Origin: Burkholderiaceae bacterium
Lineage (GTDB): Bacteria; Pseudomonadota; Gammaproteobacteria; Burkholderiales; Burkholderiaceae_E
Length of the DNA: 53,045 nucleotides
Direction of reading: 5' to 3'
Assembly: GCA_041678445.1 (NCBI GenBank)
Contig: JBAYOD010000001.1
Span: 1 to 53,045, forward strand
How positions within the stretch are numbered: the first letter of the stretch is position 1; every line of letters begins with the position of its first letter. Positions 11,224 through 18,038 of this stretch are shown here, in pieces. A program made the translations under genes and the position numbers. The notes under the pieces are model-generated. The model had not been told where the DNA came from. It searched no databases and saw only the letters and a program-made list of their open reading frames with translations.

Positions 11224-12152
11224 ACCTTCAGCAGTTGCGTTTCGTGTCCGAGACCGCGCGCCATGGCTTCAGCCTGACCCGGGCGGCGCGCGCGATCGGC
11301 ACCTCCCAGCCGGCGTTGTCGCGTGGCATCCTCGAACTCGAGGCCGAACTCGGCGTCGACGTGTTCGTTCGGCACGGCAAGCGCATTCTCGGCCTGACTG
11401 AGCCGGGCAAGGCCATTCTTGCGCGCAGCGAGCGCGTACTCGCCGAGGTGGCCGGCATCGAACAGGTGACTGCGGATTTCCGGGCCCGCGATGATGGCGA
11501 GTTGCGGGTGGCGACCACGCATACGCAGGCCCGTTATGTCCTGCCTGCCGTGGTCGGCGAGTTCCGGCGTCGCTATCCGGCTGTGCGCCTGACCTTGCTG
11601 CAGGGCAGTCCGCGCCAGATCACGGCTTCCGTGCTGGCGCGCGAGGTGGATTTCGCGATCGCGACCGAAGTGCCCGACGAGGCCGACGAACTGCTGTCGA
11701 TTCCGGCCTACGAGTGGGAGCATGTGGTGCTGGTGCCGGCCAGGCATCCGCTCGCCGGCGAGCGGCCATCGCTGCAGGCCCTGGTCAAGTACCCGCTGAT
11801 CACCTACGTCGAGGAGTTCGCTGGCCGCCGGCGGATCGACCGCGCCTTCGCCGAGGCTGATCTCAAGCCCGACGTGGTGCTGGCCGCCATCGACGCCGAC
11901 GTCATCAAGACTTACGTTGGCGTCGGTCTCGGCGTCGGGATCATGGCCGACGTCGCCTACGACGCCGGCCGCGACAAGGGCCTGGTCGCGATGCCGGCCG
12001 GCAACCTGTTCGGCATGAACCGGGCCAAGCTTGCCGTGCGGCGCGACGCCTTCCTGCGCGGTTTCGCCCTGACCTTCATCGAATTGTTCGCGCCCGAGGT
12101 CGACCGCAAGACCTTCGAGAACCTGCTGCGCAACTCGACCAGCACCCGATGA
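11220..12152 (+). CDS. cysB: CysB/Cbl-family LysR regulator
   Basis: MNLQQLRF...TSQPALS...LEAELGV..FVRHGKR; ATTHTQARY; AAIDADVIKTYV. Confidence 0.9.
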   Translation: MNLQQLRFVSETARHGFSLTRAARAIGTSQPALSRGILELEAELGVDVFVRHGKRILGLTEPGKAILARSERVLAEVAGIEQVTADFRARDDGELRVATTHTQARYVLPAVVGEFRRRYPAVRLTLLQGSPRQITASVLAREVDFAIATEVPDEADELLSIPAYEWEHVVLVPARHPLAGERPSLQALVKYPLITYVEEFAGRRRIDRAFAEADLKPDVVLAAIDADVIKTYVGVGLGVGIMADVAYDAGRDKGLVAMPAGNLFGMNRAKLAVRRDAFLRGFALTFIELFAPEVDRKTFENLLRNSTSTR

Positions 12153-12198
12153 ATGCTGCGGATCGGCTCCCCCGATCTGTGTATAATTGCCGGCTTTC

Positions 12199-12274
<76 letters not shown>

Positions 12275-12279
12275 AATGC

Positions 12280-12311
12280 AAGGGCCCGGATAGTCTCCGG
12301 GCCCTTTTTTT
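12280..12311 (+). terminator. Intrinsic terminator after tRNA-Ala
   Basis: aagggcccgga-tagtc-tccgggccctt plus T run. Confidence 0.9.
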
Positions 12312-12352
12312 CGGCATTTCCCCCAGGGACTGGCGCGGGTTCGAGCCTCGCT

Positions 12353-12539
12353 GCGAACGGCACGCAGATCGGCATCGTCTTCGAGACGACCACGCCTTTC
12401 GACACGTCACGTGATCGACGCCACGAAGCTGGCCGGAGCCAGCCGAAATACCCTGAAGCAGCACTTCCGAGATCTGGCCGTACGCGATTATCTGGAGTGG
12501 CACGGCAGCGGACGCAGCGTATGGCCGGGCCTGAAGTGA
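12353..12539 (+). pseudogene. Fic-family protein remnant (two fragments joined by a large deletion)
   Basis: One frame reads ANGTQIGIVFETTTPFDT; another continues ATKLAGASRNTLKQHFRDL...HGSGRSVW*. These resemble the middle and C-terminal winged-helix parts of proteobacterial Fic proteins (recognised from memory). Confidence 0.6.
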
Positions 12540-12761
12540 TGTGGCCAGATCGTCGAATCCGCGCCCTCGTTGGCGGCACTGCCAGCCAGAGTATCGCCGC
12601 GTTGCAGCAGGCCGCGCTGGCCACGCGACCCGAGGGGCTGGGCATTCTGGAGCTGCGGGTGTTCGATTTTCAGAGGTCTTCAGGGTTGCGCTTGCGAGTG
12701 TTCCCATTCATCCCAAGATGCTCCACAAACTGGACTGCTGACTCCAAGAGGCGGCGCTGAC

Positions 12762-12917
12762 GTCGAATGCCGATTCATCGAGGACTCGCTGTGGCTCACG
12801 CAGGCGCTGATGGCCGAGCTGTTTCAGGTCAAGGTGCCGACCATCAACGAGCACCTGAAAACCCTGTACTCCGACGGCGAAATCCAGCCCGAGGCAACCA
12901 TTGGGAAATTCCTGATA
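12762..12917 (+). pseudogene. RhuM-family N-terminal fragment
   Basis: VECRFIEDSLWLTQALMAELFQVKVPTINEHLKTLYSDGEIQPEATIGKFLI; no start codon or RBS, truncated. Confidence 0.75.
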
Positions 12918-12936
12918 GCGGCAGGTGGACTGACGT

Positions 12937-13350
12937 TCAGGTCTCCCACGGGTTGATCAGTTGCACGCCGAGGTCCGCGAAGTCTTTCGTGTTGCGCGTG
13001 ACCAGTGTCAGGTCATGCTCCAGAGCCGTGGCAGCCAACATGCCGTCGATCACCGGGAGCGTGCGCCCCGCGCTGGCCTGCACGCGGCCCCAACGGTCGG
13101 CAACCGCAGCGTCGATGTTCAGTAGCCGTCCGATGAAATAGTTGGGCAATTCCACTTCCAGCCAGTCCGTGAGGGTCTGGCGGAACGCGGGGTTGGCCAC
13201 GCCTTCGATACCTTTGCGGATTTCGCCGCGGCTCAAGACCGAGAGGTAGAGCGACTGGCGTGGGCGCGCCTGCATCCACGCCACCACGTTGGTGTCGGCT
13301 TTCCTGTTCCGTAGTTCGGACAGGACGTTGGTGTCGACGAGGTAGCTCAA
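12937..13350 (-). CDS. vapC: VapC PIN-domain toxin
   Basis: LVDTNVLSE, GEIRKG, VIDGMLAATALEHDLTLVTRNTKDF; 4-nt overlap with the antitoxin. Confidence 0.93.
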   Translation of the reverse strand: MSYLVDTNVLSELRNRKADTNVVAWMQARPRQSLYLSVLSRGEIRKGIEGVANPAFRQTLTDWLEVELPNYFIGRLLNIDAAVADRWGRVQASAGRTLPVIDGMLAATALEHDLTLVTRNTKDFADLGVQLINPWET

Positions 13351-13598
13351 AACGTGATCTCGCGCGGCAGGCTGCGGCTACGTTCGAACTGGATTTCATC
13401 GTGGCCCGACAGCGGCGAGGCACGCATGAAGTCCACCAGCGACTGCTCGTTGCCGGACAAGCGGTCAAACAATTCGCGCGACACCACGACTGCCACCGAT
13501 TTCCCGTGCAGGGTGATGTCCTGCGGGCCTTCTTGGACCGCGCGCTTGACCAGTTCCGAGAACCGCGCCTTGGCGTTTTGCATTTGCCAGCTTTGCAT
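13347..13598 (-). CDS. Phd/YefM-family antitoxin
   Basis: MQSWQMQNAKARFSELV...GPQDITLHGKSVAVVVS; directly upstream of the PIN toxin. Confidence 0.92.
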   Translation of the reverse strand: MQSWQMQNAKARFSELVKRAVQEGPQDITLHGKSVAVVVSRELFDRLSGNEQSLVDFMRASPLSGHDEIQFERSRSLPREITF

Positions 13599-13612
13599 GA
13601 CCAACTCTTTAA

Positions 13613-13640
13613 GACCTGATAAGTCTGACCTGACAAGTCT
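13613..13640. promoter_or_regulatory. Probable TA autoregulatory operator (tandem 14-bp repeat)
   Basis: gacctgataagtct gacctgacaagtct, each unit with GAC...GTC inverted ends, 14 bp upstream of the antitoxin start. Confidence 0.6.
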
Positions 13641-13708
13641 GAATCTTGCCAGATTCCCACCTCTATGGCAAACCGCATTTCCATCCTCGTCGCGCTCGAA
13701 GGCGCTGA

Positions 13709-14056
13709 TACTTCCAGCGATGGATGCGCAAGACCGATCTGACCGATGTTGCCCTGTGCAAGGCCGTCGAGGAGATGGCTGGCGGGCTGATCGACGCTGA
13801 TCTCGGCGGCGGCGTGGTGAAGAAGCGCATCGCGCTGGCCGGACGTGGCAAGCGCGGAGGGGCGAGAACGCTGGTTGCCACGAACAAGGGCAAGCGCTGG
13901 TTCTTCGTGTTCGGCTTCGAGAAAAACGACCGGGCCCACATCAGTGACGACGAACTGGAAGGCTTGCAAGCCATCGCCGCCGACCTGCTGGCTCGCACCG
14001 GAAAGCAGTTGGATGAAGCCGTCGCCGACGGCATGTTGCAGAAGATCTGCCAATGA
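13709..14056 (+). pseudogene. RelE/HigB-like toxin, 5'-truncated (internal ATG at 13724)
   Basis: YFQRWMRKT...GLIDADLGGGVVKKRIALAGRGKRGGART...FGFEKND; in-frame TGA at 13706-13708 where the N-terminus should be. Confidence 0.75.
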
Positions 14057-14211
14057 CCACGAAGACCAAAGCCAGGAGCCGCGTCCTTGAAGCCGTCCAT
14101 GAGACGGCCAACGATCTGCATCGCTTGGGTTTCATCGACAAGCGCCCCAGCGGCCCGTCGCAGAGGTTGCTGGACATCATCGAGCGCAAGGGGCTGGAAG
14201 CCGTCCTCTGA
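14053..14211 (+). pseudogene. Xre/HigA-like antitoxin with in-frame deletion of the HTH (52 aa)
   Basis: MTTKTKARSRVLEAVHETANDLHRLGFIDKR joined directly to PSGPSQRLLDIIERKGLEAVL; ATGA overlap with the toxin. Confidence 0.75.
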
Positions 14212-14270
14212 CCGCCGTGGCGAAAATCACCAACAGGAAGACGTTGTCTCGGTGTGACGAGCCCGTTCCC

Positions 14271-14834
14271 TCAACCCGGCTTGCGCGCCAGCATCGTGGC
14301 GAACTGCAAGCGGGCGCCATTGTGCATGGTGCCAGGATCCTCGTTGTACTTGACGAGTTCCCAGCCTGCATACGCCGCACTCAGTTCACCTGGCTTCAGG
14401 GTAAACGGGAAATTCATGGGACAAGGGTATGCATCGGTATCCATCGCGCAGACGATCAGGTTGTACCCCCCGGGCAGGGTGCGATGCTGCATGTCGGACA
14501 ACACCGCGCCCACGCGCGACGGATCAATGAACATCAGGGTCACGGTGCAGGCGATCAAACCATAATCCGCACCAATCGCGGCTTGCTGAATGTCATAGAC
14601 CTGCGGCCTGATCGTACGGATCCCTTCCTGATCGACGATGGACTGCAGCGTCGCGATGGCGTTGGGGTTGACATCGACAGCCGTGACCTCGAAACCACGC
14701 TGACTCAGGTACAGGGCATTGCGCCCGCTCGAGCAACCCATGTCCAGGGCATTGCACGGCTCGACGAGTTCGCACGCCTTCACGATTTCGCTGTGGGCCG
14801 GGGTCAGGCCGTAACGGCTGTTCAGATCTTCCAT
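14271..14834 (-). CDS. tehB: Tellurite resistance SAM-dependent methyltransferase
   Basis: YGLTPAHSEI, ALDMGCSSGRNALYL, TVTLMF, GGYNLIVCAMDT, FPFTLKPGEL, KYNED. Confidence 0.92.
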   Translation of the reverse strand: MEDLNSRYGLTPAHSEIVKACELVEPCNALDMGCSSGRNALYLSQRGFEVTAVDVNPNAIATLQSIVDQEGIRTIRPQVYDIQQAAIGADYGLIACTVTLMFIDPSRVGAVLSDMQHRTLPGGYNLIVCAMDTDAYPCPMNFPFTLKPGELSAAYAGWELVKYNEDPGTMHNGARLQFATMLARKPG

Positions 14835-14956
14835 CGACTGAAATCCTTGTAAATCATGACAGGCCAGGAGCCCGGGTCGCCGTTTTGTGAAGGCGATGCT
14901 CGCCCGGTGATGATAGAGCCTCCTGGGAAAACCTCGGGTTGCACTGAGACTGAGAG

Positions 14957-14985
14957 TTGTGGCGGTCGACGATCTTCGCTATAGT
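14957..14985 (+). promoter_or_regulatory. Putative sigma70 promoter for the riboswitch-metK transcript
   Basis: TTGTGG-17 bp-TATAGT, ending 8 nt before the aptamer. Confidence 0.55.
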
Positions 14986-14993
14986 CGGTTCTC

Positions 14994-15092
14994 GTCATCA
15001 AGAATTGGGCCGACGCCCATGCCAACCTGCCCGCCCGGGCAAGGTGGATCGCGAAAGCGGATGTGGCTCCCGAGGGGGCAACGAAGCGGGCA
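14994..15092 (+). ncRNA. SAM-I/IV-type riboswitch aptamer
   Basis: CATC-AAGA (P1/J1-2); P2 tgggc-cgac-gccca; P3 CCAACC...AGGTGG; cgc-GAAA-gcg; GATG closing P1; P5 gctcc-cgag-ggggc; 3' tail gcgggca complementary to tgcccgc in P3 (pseudoknot); upstream of metK. Confidence 0.75.
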
Positions 15093-15100
15093 CAGCGTCG

Positions 15101-15131
15101 GCCCTCCCGTGAAACGGAGGGCTTTTTGTTT
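15101..15131 (+). terminator. Riboswitch-linked intrinsic terminator
   Basis: gccctcc-cgtgaaac-ggagggc-tttttgttt; its 5' arm overlaps an alternative 10-bp helix (15007-15016 with 15095-15104). Confidence 0.85.
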
Positions 15132-15262
15132 TCACTTCTTGTTTTCAGTGTCTGCCGTCGATTCGCGCACCATCCAGATCTGTCTGGAGGCGGCGAGGCT
15201 CTGCGGCTGATCTTGCTGAAGTAGAGCGAAGGGCGTGGTCTGCCCGCTGCAAAGCAAATGAC

Positions 15263-15322
15263 TGGGGGGATTTGATCCGGATTGCCGCCCCCGACAGATC
15301 GTCGAACGCGGCTAAACAGGAG
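15263..15322 (+). ncRNA. SAM-II riboswitch, copy 1
   Basis: ggggg-GATTTGATCCG-GATTGC-cgccccc-(loop)-GCGGCTAAA-CAGGAG follows the SAM-II pattern (GAUUURA...UUGC...GYRGCUAAA) and ends on the RBS. Confidence 0.8.
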
Positions 15323-15329
15323 CCATTCC

Positions 15330-15578
15330 ATGTTTATCAGCTTGCCTCCCGGCGTACCTGCCCGGTTGGTCACCGTGTCGGGATCATCTCGCATTCGCAT
15401 CGAAATCGAGGGGTTGGCGCCACTTGGCTACGACCCTGAAGACAAGCGGTTGTTTGTGTTCGGCGATGCACGCCGCAGACCCGTGGAATCACCACTGTCG
15501 GTGTTTCAAACTCGTGCCTTGCTGCGTGCTCTGGCAGGGTACGCGGCTGAACGACGGGCCTTCTACGCCAGTTCTTGA
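15330..15578 (+). CDS. Hypothetical 82-aa protein downstream of a SAM-II riboswitch
   Basis: AGGAG RBS 7 nt before ATG; MFISLPPGVPARLVTVSG...RAFYASS; stop lies just before the second repeat copy. Confidence 0.65.
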   Translation: MFISLPPGVPARLVTVSGSSRIRIEIEGLAPLGYDPEDKRLFVFGDARRRPVESPLSVFQTRALLRALAGYAAERRAFYASS

Positions 15579-15614
15579 TTGGTCGTGTGGTCTGCCCGCT
15601 GCAGAGCACTGGAC

Positions 15615-15674
15615 CGGGGAGATTTGATCCAGCTTGCCGCCCCCGACACATCGTCGAATGCGGCTAAAGAGGAG
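15615..15674 (+). ncRNA. SAM-II riboswitch, copy 2
   Basis: cgggga-GATTTGATCCA-GCTTGC-cgccccc-g-(loop)-GCGGCTAAA-GAGGAG immediately before the metK start. Confidence 0.85.
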
Positions 15675-15679
15675 TGATG

Positions 15680-16873
15680 ATGTTTGTTCGTAATGGTCTG
15701 TTTTCCTCGGAGTCTGTCTCCGAGGGCCACCCCGACAAGTTGGCCGACCGCATCTCCGATGCGGTGCTCGACGAGTTCCTGGGTCACGACCCATTGGCAC
15801 GCGTTGCCTGCGAAACCTTGCTGGCTGACCAGTGCGTCGTGGTCGCAGGCGAGTTCAAGACCCGCAGCCCTGAAACCTTCCGCTCCGTGCGCGAACGGGC
15901 TGTGACGATCGTGACCAAGGTTCTGCACGACGCGGGCTATCGCGACAGCGCCACGGGTATCGACCCGGAGCGCTGCGAAATCCAGGTCCGGTTCAACGGC
16001 CAGTCGGCCGATATCAACCGGGGCGTGGACCGTGGAGATGGCGTGATCGGTGCCGGAGACCAGGGCCTGATGTTCGGGTACGCCTGCGATGACACCCCCG
16101 AACTGATGCCGGCGCCCATCGTGTTCGCACACCGGCTTGTGCGTCGCCAGGCCGAACTGCGCCGAAATGGCGTCCTTCCCTGGCTCGGGCCAGATGCCAA
16201 ATCTCAGGTGACGTTCCGGTACGAAGCGGGGCGACCCGTGGCGATTGAAGCCGTCGTGCTGTCCACGCAGCATGATGCGGAAATCGATACCGAGGCGCTT
16301 CGCGCGGCGGTGAGTCGCGAGATCATCGACGTCGTGATCCCCGCCAGGCTTCGGGCGCCGAACTATCGCGAATTGATCAACCCCACCGGCCGCTTCGTGA
16401 CCGGCGGACCGAAGGGAGATACCGGGCTCACCGGTCGCAAGATCATCGTCGACACCTACGGCGGCGCGGCGCCCCACGGCGGCGGAGCGTTTTCCGGGAA
16501 GGACCCGTCGAAAGTCGACCGGTCGGCTGCCTACATGGCGCGTTTTCTCGCCAGGCAAGTGGTGGCACGTGGCTGGTCGACCCGGGCATTGGTCCAGCTC
16601 GCCTACGCGATCGGCGTGGCCGAGCCGGTGAGCTTCCTGGTCGAAGCCGAGGGTGTGACGCGTGCGCGCAGCGCCGAGATCGTCGACGCCTTGCGCCGGG
16701 AGTTCGACCTGACCCCGGCCGGGATCATCCGGTGCCTCGACCTCCAGCGGCCCATTTACTACCCGACCGCGGCCTACGGCCACTTCGGCAGGGATGACCT
16801 GGATCTGCCGTGGGAGGGCGTTCGACTGGAAAAGCGAGGGAGGACGGATGGCAACTACATCAAAAGCGCGTGA
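15680..16873 (+). CDS. metK: S-adenosylmethionine synthetase (island-borne)
   Basis: SESVSEGHPDK, GAGDQGLMFGYA, DAKSQVT, GGPKGDTGLTGRKIIVDTYGG, GGAFSGKDPSKVDRSAAY, YGHFGR; alternative starts 15674/15677. Confidence 0.97.
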   Translation: MFVRNGLFSSESVSEGHPDKLADRISDAVLDEFLGHDPLARVACETLLADQCVVVAGEFKTRSPETFRSVRERAVTIVTKVLHDAGYRDSATGIDPERCEIQVRFNGQSADINRGVDRGDGVIGAGDQGLMFGYACDDTPELMPAPIVFAHRLVRRQAELRRNGVLPWLGPDAKSQVTFRYEAGRPVAIEAVVLSTQHDAEIDTEALRAAVSREIIDVVIPARLRAPNYRELINPTGRFVTGGPKGDTGLTGRKIIVDTYGGAAPHGGGAFSGKDPSKVDRSAAYMARFLARQVVARGWSTRALVQLAYAIGVAEPVSFLVEAEGVTRARSAEIVDALRREFDLTPAGIIRCLDLQRPIYYPTAAYGHFGRDDLDLPWEGVRLEKRGRTDGNYIKSA

Positions 16874-17504
16874 TCGCCACTTGCTGTTTCACGGGGAGCT
16901 GTCAGACGCTCCAGGGCGCAACGAATCGTGGGACGAGTACCTCCGATACCGGGGTGACAACCGGTGGGAGCTGATCGCCGAGGGGACAGATTTTTCAGGC
17001 ACCGGCGTCGCCGGGACGATCAGGGAGGTGATGAGCACCAAGGCAATGGTGAAGTGGGCCCTGGAACGGGACGAAGAGACCCGGGAAGCCTCAAGAAGAG
17101 GCGCCGTTCCGCTCGACGAGCCCGATGATGACGATCCGCCAAGGCAGTTCGGACCGCATGCGGCACGCCTGCGTGAGATTGCCGCCAGTGTGGGCGCTAC
17201 CTATTGTCTGTCGCGCCTGGACGGCTGGCTTGCAGGCTCATGGCCACCGAAGCAGCGCGCGGCCCGTATTCTGGACATCAAGGGTGTCACGCGGCGGAGC
17301 GTGTGGATCGGTGTCCATAGCGGCGTGTACGAGGTCGACAGCAATCTGGGCCCGGCCTACCTGTATCCGCCTGGCGCCGATCGGGCAGCGAAGCTCGTTC
17401 TGAAGTCAGAGACTTCCACGTCGGCAGGTTGGGTCGTGAAGGTTCCCATCAAGCTGATGGCGAAGATCGAGGCTCTGAAGCCCGACCTGGAGTCGCTGGG
17501 GTAA
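16848..17504 (+). CDS. Hypothetical 218-aa protein overlapping the metK 3' end
   Basis: GGAGGA RBS before ATG 16848; protein-like composition; no recognisable motif. Confidence 0.7.
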   Translation: MATTSKARDRHLLFHGELSDAPGRNESWDEYLRYRGDNRWELIAEGTDFSGTGVAGTIREVMSTKAMVKWALERDEETREASRRGAVPLDEPDDDDPPRQFGPHAARLREIAASVGATYCLSRLDGWLAGSWPPKQRAARILDIKGVTRRSVWIGVHSGVYEVDSNLGPAYLYPPGADRAAKLVLKSETSTSAGWVVKVPIKLMAKIEALKPDLESLG

Positions 17505-17521
17505 GGAACGAATGTGGGTGC

Positions 17522-17590
17522 CAGACCGCAGAACGTCAGGGACGCCAGTTCCAGGCCGTGCTTGATGAGGCTTTGCGCGATTACCTGACC
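17522..17590 (+). pseudogene. Ribbon-helix-helix antitoxin-like fragment
   Basis: AERQGRQFQAVLDEALRDYL resembles RHH antitoxins; no start codon, short. Confidence 0.45.
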
Positions 17591-17597
17591 GCGCGGT

Positions 17598-17885
17598 TCA
17601 ATCGTCCAGCTCGATTTCCTTGGCGTAGCGCTTGCCGTTGCGCACCACGTAATCGACTTCGACCCTTTGGCCCACCTTCAGGTCGGAGAACCGTTTCAGG
17701 TCGTCGTCGTAGTCGGTGCGATCGTCGGCGAAGAAGGTCTTGCCCTCGACGACGAAGCTGCGGGCTTGCTGATCGATCGATTCGATCAATCCTTCGATAT
17801 CGCGGTCATCGTCAGCCCAGGCGCTGGCGGAGAAGGCCAGGGCCATGGCCAGGCCGATGGCTTGCAGGAATCTGGTGGTTGGCAT
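17598..17885 (-). CDS. Small secreted OB-fold protein (DUF5666-like)
   Basis: Signal peptide ending AWA; IEGLIESID...SFVVEG...DLKVGQRVEVDY...AKEIEL. Confidence 0.8.
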   Translation of the reverse strand: MPTTRFLQAIGLAMALAFSASAWADDDRDIEGLIESIDQQARSFVVEGKTFFADDRTDYDDDLKRFSDLKVGQRVEVDYVVRNGKRYAKEIELDD

Positions 17886-18038
17886 GAGCAGTAACTCCAG
17901 TCGGGGAATGGGTCAAGCTCAGGATAGCGCCTTGCCAAGGTGCCGGGCGCAGGGAAGTGTCACCATCGGTTCCTGATGTAAGAGAATGTTCTGGAACGTT
18001 TCCTTTTCGATTCATCGAGCAAGTTCCAGGTCGACCCG

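Larger units (their letters stand above)
12312..17590. mobile_element. Decayed tRNA-Ala-anchored genomic island / prophage remnant
   Basis: Starts immediately after a tRNA; visibly lower GC; dense in gene fragments and TA modules; accessory metK and tehB. No integrase or att duplication seen, so ends are approximate. Confidence 0.6.

Noticed and set aside
12335-12351. tRNA T-arm-like hairpin gcggg-TTCGAGC-ctcgc as an att remnant
   Set aside because: Does not match the tRNA-Ala 3' end, has no acceptor strand or CCA, and is too short to support.
12570-12630. Weak MsrA-like peptide (GGTAS/PEYRRVAAGRAGHA)
   Set aside because: Needs a frameshift, lacks the Cys, and is too short to distinguish from chance.
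15060-15104. SAH riboswitch or ribozyme reading of the structured RNA
   Set aside because: Lacks the GAGGAGCG...UGC SAH core and ribozyme consensus; SAM-I-clan words fit better.
15235-15674. Direct repeats as a CRISPR array or att sites
   Set aside because: Only two 88-bp copies separated by an ORF, no cas genes; better explained as riboswitch cassettes.
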